Source: Octopus sinensis
Taxonomy: Eukaryota
Reading direction: 5' to 3'
DNA: 64,000 nt
Assembly: GCF_006345805.1 (NCBI RefSeq)
Contig: NC_042997.1
Span: 196,850,001 to 196,914,000 of the forward strand
Every line of letters starts with the position of its first letter. Position 1 is the first letter of the stretch. This document shows, in pieces, positions 53,539-64,000 of the stretch. Below the pieces are notes generated by a model, which saw only the letters and a list, made by a program, of their open reading frames with translations, was not told where the DNA came from and searched no databases. The position numbers and the translations under genes were made by a program.

Positions 53539-54651
53539 CATATATAAATATAGGCATGTGTGTATAGATGATGCTAGATATAAAGGTTACAGGTAGTCTT
53601 TATATCTAGCATCATTTGAACATTTGAATATATAGAAAATTAGTTTAATTACATTAATTAAGATTCAAATATTTAGTCTACGTAAACAATTAATTTATCC
53701 AACTTCAAAGTAAAGAAAACAAGTGTTTATATTTTCTTCTTTCTGTCTAGCATATAATGTTTATCTAATTTAACAACTTAATAACTGTCTGACGGGCAGA
53801 TGCAATAACCAGTTGAGCATCATACAAAATTATCTTGTGGTATTTGTCGGTATCTCCATATGTAGACAAGAGTGTCTTTCATCTAAGGCCGATAAAACTA
53901 ATAAATATGCGGTTGCAGCGTGAAAGACACAAGTTAGCCATACAGTAACACACAAAGACTGTTAACTTTATTTACACATTTATTCTAATATGGTATCAAA
54001 ACTTTCCGTGAAGCAAACGGGCGATCCGCGATTCGAATACTACCCAAATATTTGATGTGGACATGCGCTGCTTACTCGCACAAACATCATGCACTATAAC
54101 TAAATTTAGATGTTCGACAAGGCTTCAGTTATGAGCTCATATATACTCGTTGTATTCTGCGATTCATCTAATGCATATATATATCAATCCCTTCTCCTGT
54201 GAATATTCGCAAAACGTTACGCCATATTTATGAAAAATCCTTTACTTCTACTTTCATTTTCTCTTACCTAAGAGAACTTGCATGATGTTTTATCCTATCA
54301 TTCCTACAGTTGAATAACCTTCTCTCAGAAGTTATATATATATTTACTTCTCTCCAGACGCGAATTTTCAGACAAAGTGAATTGACCACGATCGATACTA
54401 CCATATACTAGGGTCTAGAAAATAATGCAGACGTCCTTTTATTCAGTCTGACAAACAAAGCGTGTCAAAGTTTAGCTGCCTGTTTAACTACATGTCGTGT
54501 AAATTTGAGAATCAGTAGAATAGCAAAATAACGTTTTGTTGTTTTTGCTAACACCCCCAAATGTGAAAATGGGCCCATTTCCCTCGCTTTGGCACGTCGA
54601 TGAAACTAAACTAATTCTGTGGGAGGCGTTGCCCCAATGACTGATACCAGG

Positions 54652-54838
54652 AATAAATAAATAAATAAATAATAATGATGATGATGATGAGAAGAAGAAG
54701 GAGAAGGAGAAGGAGAAGTAGGAGAAGAAGAAGGAGAAGAAGAAGGAGAAGGAGAAGTAGGAGAAGAAGAAGGAGAAGAAGAAGGAGAAGGAGAAGAAGG
54801 AGAAGAAGAAGACTACTGAATAATAGCAATAATAATAT
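54652..54838. repeat. (AAAT)n/(GAT)n/(AGA,AGG)n purine-rich compound microsatellite
   Basis: Read directly; source of the poly-Arg and poly-Leu ORFs. Confidence 0.95.
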
Positions 54839-56446
54839 TCAGAACACTTTATGCAGTATTAATTCTGCTGTAGCTTTATATCAAAATATGGGAAAATTAG
54901 ATGAATCATGATTGTTTTTTGAATAGGTACGAAAATTCCTTTAATAAGAATCGGGAATATTTAAATAGTGACGATCACAGTTCACAAAGGGTTTTAGGAC
55001 TGTAAATGAGAGTGATATCTAGCAATCAAGGATCGAAACATTGTCAAAGTTACTGACATGGTTGGTAGCACATTTCCAGACAAGAAAAATTTTTTGAGAC
55101 ACTTTTTTTTTTATCTTTCTCATTCCGCCAGCTCATCGAACTAGTTACTGGCAGCATTATTGGATTTTTATGATTAAAAACTTTGATAACTATTGACTAA
55201 AATTAAAAGTTGACAATTATTTACGTTGTACTAAAATTAAAGTAACAAAATATGTTTAATGATTTTTTATGCTGACATGGTAGCTGTTATCATCGTGATG
55301 GAGTGGTTATCTTATGCGATTCGTATAAATTGAACATTATGTCGCGTAATGAAAGCGCCATTTCACTGAAAAATAAACGTTGTGTCTGAAATGCTCTTCA
55401 AAAGCTGGCTACTCGCTTAATTAATAGTCATCACTTGTTTTCTAGTCACCTTCTGAAAGTTTATTTAGCACAGCAGCAGAAACTACGCTACAGTTGTCGA
55501 TCAATAATATTATTAAAAAACAGAGACGCAAAGCATAGAGGAGGAAAAAAAAATAAAAGCATTAATCAAACTGTATGTCTTGTCTCTTTTTTTTTCCTAG
55601 GATGTTATTTGAATACCGGTTTATTGATTACGATGCTTTGAAATTATTGCTATGCATTTCGAAATTTTCTTTACAAACTGCAACAGTCAAGGTTTCCAGT
55701 GATCACTAGAAGACTCATTGATTCAGTGTGATGTACAATTAGGACGAAACTTGGGAATTATATGAAACCAATAATCAAGAAAAATGTCCAACTGAAATAG
55801 TTCCAGTATCATAAAAATGCATCGTTTGGGGGCGGGGTAGAAATAAAAGAAGGGGAAAGTAATAAAACAACCCAACTTTGATAACGATCATAAAAAAAAG
55901 GTAAATTGTATGTTTGATTTAGCATGAAGCTGTCGCAAATATAATTACATTAAGGATTCCTTTAATATACTAAATATTGTAGCTGGCTAGTCGACCATGG
56001 ATATGTTATAGTTCGCTTAAAGGGTTGTAATATGGCATTATGATATACCTTGTTGGTTTGAATTCCTTTATTCGACACATAGCGTATACAATGTTACTTT
56101 GAAAGCTAGTAGAGCCTACACGCCTCTGTGAAATCAGCCGAACTACTTGCAATGAAATTAAGAGAATATTACTAGCGGCTCAGGCATAGAATCATTAGAA
56201 TGACAATCATGTTATAGACTATATATCACGACATCATATATCTTATATATACACAGATACTAGTATATCATCAACTTCATCAAACTTGGATAATACTAGA
56301 AATAATTTTGATATTATATATTTCATTTTGGTGGATGTTGTTTTTGGTAATCTGTTCAGAAGATTCAAAACCAAAACCGTAATAATCCCCCCCTCCTCAT
56401 CGGTTCTCTGGTTCGCTGCTTTCACGTCATATAATCAACACAACAA

Positions 56447-56447
56447 T

Positions 56448-56488
<41 letters not shown>

Positions 56489-56786
56489 ATGTGTGTGTGT
56501 ATGTAGATATATGCATGTATATATATATATGTGTGTGTGTATATATGTATATATATATGTATATATGTATGTATATATATGTAGATATATGCATGTATAT
56601 ATATATATATATGTATATATATGTAGATATATGCATGTATATATGTATATATATATATATATATGTATATATATGTATATATATATATGTATATATATGT
56701 ATATATTTATATAAATATATGTATCTATGTATACATATATATATATATGTATACATATGTATGTATATATATATATATGTTTTTAT

Positions 56787-56845
<59 letters not shown>

Positions 56846-56923
56846 CATATGTATATATATATAATATGATGGTTTAGTTCACTGGTGATTTAAATGGATA
56901 AGTAAACACACAAACACACACAT

Positions 56924-56955
<32 letters not shown>
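56447..56955. repeat. (TA)n/(TG)n/(CA)n compound microsatellite
   Basis: Read directly. Confidence 0.95.
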
Positions 56956-58591
56956 GTAATGGCTTTTTGTGATTACGCATGTGTTTGTGGATATACGTTA
57001 TGCATATATATTTGCGTTTTTCCCGCGTTTACCTGCGTATTATGTGCGTGCTTTCATGTGTTACGCGCGTATACGCATATCCCCTGACAGCTTCAAATAT
57101 CTTATTAATAGAAGACATTACGGTGCTGTCCTCACGCTTAATTCATAACCTGAAATATCGTAAATAGCTTTGAAGGTGATGCTTTATTTTAACTATTTTA
57201 AAGCAATATATATAACCGAATGGATCGTTTAAACACTTTACACCCTTGGCGTTATTTTGATGAGATATTTTTATAGTCTTTAAGTCTTTTGCACAGACAG
57301 CATATTAATACTGGGCATCATAGAGAACGAGAGAGAAAATAAATATCGGGAATCGTAGAGAATGAAAAGCTCCATTAAACTTGGAAAACAGATTTATAAA
57401 CATATAAAATAAAATTACATATTACGTATATAAATGGGTGATATAAATATTATTTCATGTCCATATTTTTCATATATCAATTTCATGTATGAATTTCATA
57501 TATGAATTTAAGTCGCCTCAATATTGGTTTCAAACAGATTCCAAATTTTAGCACAAGACCAGCAATATCGAGGAAAGGGTTACGTCGATTTTATCCATGC
57601 TAGTGCTCAAATGGTAACTATTTTAGCAACTTTAAAGGGAGGAAGGACAAAGTCGACCACAGTGGAATCTGAACTCAGAACATAAAGACGGACTAAATGC
57701 CGCTAAACATTTTACCCGGCGTGCTTAACGATTCTACCAGCTCGCGGCCCTCAAGTGCCCTCAATATTAGGACTTAAAGTTCTGAAAGTACCAATATTTT
57801 TAGCAATATTAATATTAGAATTAACACCTGTTGGCATCTTTCACTAATAAATTATTAGTTGCTCTGTCATTGCTACTGACGGGCATTTTCAGCAGTGAGA
57901 TCATCGTATTAGCGCCATTTATATTAAGATAGCGAAGTGGCAGAATCGTAAACGCGTCGGAGAATAGGCTTAGCGGTATTTTGCTGGCCCTTTATGTTAT
58001 GAGTAAAATTCCATGAAGGTCGACTTTGCATTTCATCTTTTCAGTGTTGATAAAATAAATTATTAGTCAAGGACTATGGCAATGTGATCAACTTGCCCTT
58101 TCCCCACTTAACATTGCATGCCTTATGGCAAAATTTGAAACCGGTATTATTATTTAGTAATTAAATTCCTTTTCTAATTTCTAATTGTCATATGGTCATA
58201 CATAGGGTTCTGAAAATTGATTTGTTATTTTATATTATGCAAGATATCCTTCTCGTTTCCGTTAGTTTCGAGATTAGATCGGAATTCTTTTGCACTATGA
58301 ATAGGATTTGTCCGATGATCGGAGTGCAATGAGAAATTCCACATTTAAAGTAAGATACAATTTACAAAGAACGAAACAAAACAGAAACATGAAATTCATA
58401 AAACAAACATTGCTATATCATTCTAAGAGACTAGTATGGATAAATTATGAATGTTGTTACCCAAATAAATGGTAATCGCTTGTGACATATTGGATGATGC
58501 GCCAGAAGTGATGGAGAAATTGGTGTAAGCTAGCGAAACGTATGTATGAATACTGTTTTGGGAGAACATACATGTGCTGCTGGCGAGAATA

Positions 58592-59328
58592 TATTTCTTT
58601 ACTGCCCACAAGGGGCTAAACATAGAGGGGACAAACAAGGACAGGCAAAGTGATTAAGTCGATTACATCGACCCCAGTGCGTAACTGGTACTTAATTTAT
58701 CGACCCCGAAAGGATAAAAGGCAAAGTCGAACTCAGAACGTAACGACAGACGAAATACCTATTTCTTTATTACCCACAAGGGGCTAAACATAGAGGGGAC
58801 AAACAAGGACAGGCAAAGTGATTAAGTCGATTACATCGACCCCAGTGCGTAACTGGTACTTAATTTATCGACCCCGAAAGGATAAAAGGCAAAGTCGAAC
58901 TCAGAACGTAACGACAGACGAAATACCTATTTCTTTATTACCCACAAGGGGCTAAACATAGAGGGGACAAACAAGGACAGGCAAAGTGATTAAGTCGATT
59001 ACATCGACCCCAGTGCGTAAGTGGTACTTAATTTATCGACCCCGAAAGGATAAAAGGCAAAGTCGAACTCAGAACGTAACGACAGACGAAATACCTATTT
59101 CTTTATTACCCACAAGGGGCTAAACATAGAGGGGACAAACAAGGACAGACATAGGTATTAAGTCGATTATATCGACCCCAGAGCGTAACTGGTACTTAAT
59201 TTATCGACCCCGAAAGGATGAAAGGCAAAGTTGACCTCGGCGGAATTTGAACTCACAACGTAACGACAGACGAAATACCGCTATGCATTACGACCGGCGT
59301 GTTAACGATTCTGCCAGCTCGTCGCCTA
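58592..59328 (-). mobile_element. SINE family B: one head plus four tandem body units (168-bp period), 11-bp TSD
   Basis: aggggctaaa at 58611, 58779, 58947 and 59115; TSD tggcgagaata at 58581-58591 and 59333-59343. Confidence 0.92.
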
Positions 59329-60593
59329 CTAGTGGCGAGAATAGAATTATGTACTAGGTCGTGGTGTATACAAGATTCTGGTAAATAGTTGACCATGCAG
59401 AATGTCTCAGGGTCGCGCAGTGAGTGCCATCTGGATTTTGAGTTATGTAGCTTGAGGAGTCGGTCACCTAGCTCGAGATAAGAGATCTGTTTTAAGTCCT
59501 TCATACTAAGATTAACATTCGCATTCGGCGTATCAGAAATTGTTACGACATCCATTTTAATGATAGTAAAGCATATTTATATATATATATATTATATATA
59601 TATATATATATATAATATATATATATACATACTATGAATCTATTTAAATTTATGACACGAAGAGATTAATAAAAATCTATTTTTATGAAATATAAATTAT
59701 GATATGCGTTGCGTGATTTGCTCGGATGCGTTGAAAAATTGATTGGAAAAGGAACAAACTATTGTTGAAATTCCGATTTTGGCGATTATCTCATTTCTCT
59801 TTCGTTTAATGCACATAATTGGATGAAAAGAATTTTTTCACTCAAAAAATACCGAAGTAGCATTCTAAATACTTTATAGATTATACGGATAATTCTAATC
59901 CATGTATTATCCCGAAAATATATAGCGTTACTATTTCTAATTTACACATATCGTTCAAGTATACACGATATATTCTGACATTTTCTGAAACAAATATAAA
60001 AAAAAAAAATTGTTTATTCCTTCATTCTTTTCATCGTCTGTTCTTCCTTTCTTTATATCCTTCATGCACTCACAAACATATACACACTTCTTTCTAGCGG
60101 TTTTTCTTTCATATTTGTTTTATACCTACAGATATGTTTCCGCACACGTAATACTTCCCAACTTATAATGTCATACGATGTGTGAAATCGATGTAATAAA
60201 GAGATCTTTCAGCTTTGAATCATCTTGTCATATTGTGAAGTAAAGGTGAGTAGGGAAAGGGAAGGAAATTTTAATACAGGCAAAAAAAGAACGAAAAGGC
60301 GGAGGTGGTGGTGGTGGAGAACGGATTTGAATAATGTACAAAGGAATGTGGAACGGAATGAAAATTAAGAGGAAGGCGTACTAGAGAGGCAGGTACACAT
60401 ACCCACGCATTCACACGCATGCGTATGCACACACACACACACACACTCGCGCATTCACACACATTCACACAGATGTACATGAGCGCTTGGGCATGCACAC
60501 ATGGACATGCACACACACAAATACACTAGTGTAGCATGTCGTAAAAGCAAAAGTAAAGACAGAGGAGGGTCGACAGACACTATTGAAAAGAAT

Positions 60594-60661
<68 letters not shown>

Positions 60662-60665
60662 ATAT

Positions 60666-61050
60666 AGGCGCAGGAGTGGCTGTGTGGTAAGTAGCTTGCT
60701 AACCAACCACATGGTTCCGGGTTCAGTCCTACTGCGTGGCATCTTGGGCAAGTGTCTTCTGCTATAACCCCGGGTCGACCAATGCCTTGTGAGTGGATTT
60801 GGTAGACGGAAACTGAAAGAAGCCTGTCGTATATATGTATATATTTATGTATGTGTTTGTGTGTCTGGGTTTGTCCCCCTAGCATTGCTTGACAACCGAT
60901 GCTGGTGTGTTTACGTTCCCGTCACTTAGCGGTTCGCCAAAAGAGACCGATAGAATAAGTACTGGGTTTACAAAGAATAAGTCCCGGGGTCGAGTTGCTC
61001 GACTAAAGGCGTGCTCCAGCATGGCTGCAGTCAAATTACTGAAACAAGTA
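60666..61050 (+). mobile_element. SINE family A, full length
   Basis: Head AGGCGCAGGAGTGGCTGTGTGGTAAG through tail CAGCATGGCTGCAGTCAAATTACTGAAAC. Confidence 0.92.
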
Positions 61051-61083
<33 letters not shown>

Positions 61084-61302
61084 ATATATATATAGATGGT
61101 ATTATTAAAATACCTTCACAAGTGGTAAGCGAATTATCAGCCGTACAGGCAAATTAATAAAATATATACATATAACACTAGATATGAGTACCAATATCGC
61201 TAATGATAGAAGTCAAAAAATACTTCTGTACCACCTAATAGTCACAAATCTATTACAGACAAGATAGGAAAAAAATATTAGTGGAAAAAATATATATATA
61301 TA

Positions 61303-61576
61303 TTTCATTTTGGGATTTGGTTTGCAAGATTCTTTATATGAGTTCGTGTGTTGAAGTATATTCTGTTGTGTCTGGGGAGAGTCATTCTCTTTTAGTGCTT
61401 TATTATTTAATACACAGACCGGTAAAATTTCCACGGACAGAGTCAAGACTATTGAAAAGGTTGCAAGACGCAACGAAAATTTTAGAAAATAAAAATAAGA
61501 AATAAGTGGAAATTTTACCTGTGAATGTGTTAAATTATAAGGCAGTAAAAGAGTATGACTCCTCCAGACACAACAG

Positions 61577-61577
<1 letters not shown>
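61303..61577. mobile_element. (TA)n-embedded fold-back cassette H7 (arms 61363-61434 and 61506-61576, left tail)
   Basis: ctgttgtgtctgg..gagtca..ggtaaaatttccac / gtggaaattttacc..tgactc..ccagacacaacag. Confidence 0.65.
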
Positions 61578-61612
<35 letters not shown>

Positions 61613-62258
61613 TAGATGGGTGTATTTAATAGTAAACGATGGAGAGAGAAAACGGTAGTTAGCTAGGTAGCTTTCTCTTTCCTTACCTTTGATTCTTCCC
61701 CTACTCTCTCACACTTCTCTGTCTTTCTTACTTTGCACCATTGTTGTCCCTTTCTTTCTCTCTCTCTTTGATTCCTTGCCCCCTACCTTTTTTCTCTCTC
61801 TTCTTCCCTCCTGTCACGTGACTGCTGTTCAACTGGTCTTTTCGCCTTTGACCGCTGCCATGTTAACACTGTTGTCTCTGTCTGCCGCAAAGGCATTTTT
61901 TCAAAATACGCCAGCCAAGATAAGTTAAATTGTCTGAAGTCGTAATACTCCCGCTGTCCGGTTATTACTATTCTTGTTTTTTATTTATTTATTTTTTTTT
62001 GTTTCTTGTATTTATATTCGTGTGGCATCATCCGGTTTTCTGTCTTTGTTTCGTATACATTCGATCCTTTTTTCAAGAAATCTAATGCTCGGAGCTTAGT
62101 TTTTCCTTGGTGCTGGCCGGATCGGAGCGATATCAGGATTAATCAGCCGAAATTGCTAAGATGATCCGGTTCCTGACTTCGAATGACCTGTCTGTTTTTT
62201 TGTGGCGTCTCTTTGTGTAGTTTGCGTTCTTGTCCCCTTTTGTACATTTTATATATAA

Positions 62259-62406
<148 letters not shown>

Positions 62407-63103
62407 AAGAGAAAGAGTAGAGAGGAGTTCAGGAAAAGAAATCAGAAATAGAAATTAAAAATGAAAGAGGAGGGAGCAAAGAAAGTGAGATGTTGATAAT
62501 CGTTCATTTTAAATCATCTTAAATTGATTCCTGGCGTGGAATAGTGGAAAATATATATATATTGCAGTAATGCCAATATATATAGAGCGAAAGCTAAATG
62601 CCTCTTAACCGCAAATGACCATTGGGTTTTTCTTTTTCTTTTTTTTTTAGGCGAATGAAAATCATAGAAGCGAATAGATAAGAAAGTTAAGTTTCCAGGA
62701 TGAATGTACCAACATCACCCTATCATAATTAATGATTTGGGTAACTTGTTCTTTTGGCATTCATTGCAGATGTATTATCAGCATTGTAGAAGTAGAACCA
62801 CACAACGATATAATTGCAGGTAGGAAAGCAGACATAATGAACACAACAAAAATCTCCCAATCCATAACACCTACGGAAAGAACTCGGCTAATTTCTTAAT
62901 TAAGCTTGAAGCTCTATAATAATTATAACAGAAATGGTGTAAAATAATTATGATTTACCTCTCACATCTTTATCGCTTTTACTAATTTAGGTCATAGATT
63001 CATTTCTTTTCTTAAGAATTACTAATGTTCTCTGCGTATCAGACCGCCATTTTGTTACAGTAGTATAGATACCTTTGTCTTTGTCGAAAGAATATCTAGG
63101 ACT

Positions 63104-63420
63104 GTGAAGGCGCATGGCTAAGTGGTTAGGATATTCAGCTCATTACCGTGTGGCCATGAGTTCGCTTTCAGGCGGTGCATTTTGTCCTCGAGCAGGACAC
63201 TTGATTTCACGTTGCTGCTATCCACTCAGTTGGCGAAAATGAGTTGTGCCTGAATTACATAGGGCTAGCTTAGTCACGTTCTGTATTGTGCTGAATCTGC
63301 CTGTGAACTAGGTTAAAGGTGCGTGTGTCTGTGGAGTGCTCTGCCCCTTGCACGTTTATTTCACTAGAAGGATGTTCCGTTGACCGGATCAAGCGGAACA
63401 TCCGTCATCATTGCCGAATG
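63104..63420 (+). mobile_element. SINE with family D head/CORE and family C type-i tail (diverged)
   Basis: gtgaaggcgcatggc..gagcaggacactt..ttcacgttgct, followed by gtgtctgtggagtgctc..tgttccgttgaccggatcaa. Confidence 0.75.
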
Positions 63421-64000
63421 CCAGGTTTTAAGATTCGAAATCTAGGATTATCAACGGTTTATATCCTATTCGATGCTAAGAGTGATTATTAAAAATAATG
63501 AATGTCCTGCTGCTTGTGTAAGTTTCAACGCCAAAGTATGGTACATAAAATCTTGTATTTTATGAGCACAATCATCAAAACTGAACTAACAGTCACTATA
63601 TTAATGTGATAACTAAATGATGGTTATTTTGTCTCCGGTGCAACGTTTAATCATTTTAGCCTGATCCATTTTTGACGACGTTTTAAATATCATTATTAAC
63701 ATTTGTAAATATTTCAAAAATAATTATTTTATTGCATGCAATCGTAAAATTTTCTCCATGACCAAAATAGTTCTCATCTGACCATTAAGTAATTTGTTTT
63801 CGTTAAAAGTACACATTTTCTTCAAACCCAGGTCACAAAACACTATGTTTGGACACGAAAAGCTGGGTTAATGGAACTCTTGTCTTTGCACCAATCAGCC
63901 TTAAATATATATTTTAAAGCAATTCGAGTTTTCAGTGAAATATGAATGAGTTCGAGAAAGAAAAGCAAGAAAAGCAGGTAAAACATTTAAACCACACTTG

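Noticed and set aside
54611-54911. Poly-Arg (protamine-like) and poly-Leu ORFs
   Set aside because: Produced by an (AGA/AGG)n microsatellite; no other gene evidence.
58592-59328. Regular array resembling CRISPR
   Set aside because: Units are whole 168-bp SINE bodies with no unique spacers; eukaryotic context and no cas genes.

Overview
AT-rich, microsatellite-saturated eukaryotic non-coding DNA. The SINE families, the 5S sequence and the (TA)n/(CA)n/(TATC)n density point to an octopus or other coleoid cephalopod (inference). No host protein-coding gene can be supported; nearly all ORFs in the track are translated microsatellites or SINEs. Supported content: about 30 tRNA-derived SINE copies of several modular families, two CR1-group LINE 3' fragments, a 5'-truncated Penelope-like retroelement (YIDD RT to GIY-YIG), a Tc1/mariner fossil, a 418-bp MITE with an 8-bp TSD, and a dispersed 5S rRNA copy. 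The main signal is a set of small cassettes inserted in (TA)n tracts. Seven are 165-295 bp fold-back hairpins with a one-sided tail, and at least six minimal hammerhead-ribozyme motifs occur in such cassettes or in the Penelope 3' end. One is an identical tandem pair (229-bp period) with intact catalytic cores, arranged like a double-hammerhead/retrozyme unit. A second signal is a shared (GG)TATTC start in the TSDs of one SINE family, which could explain its self-insertion into tandem arrays. Family labels A-E are my own working names.
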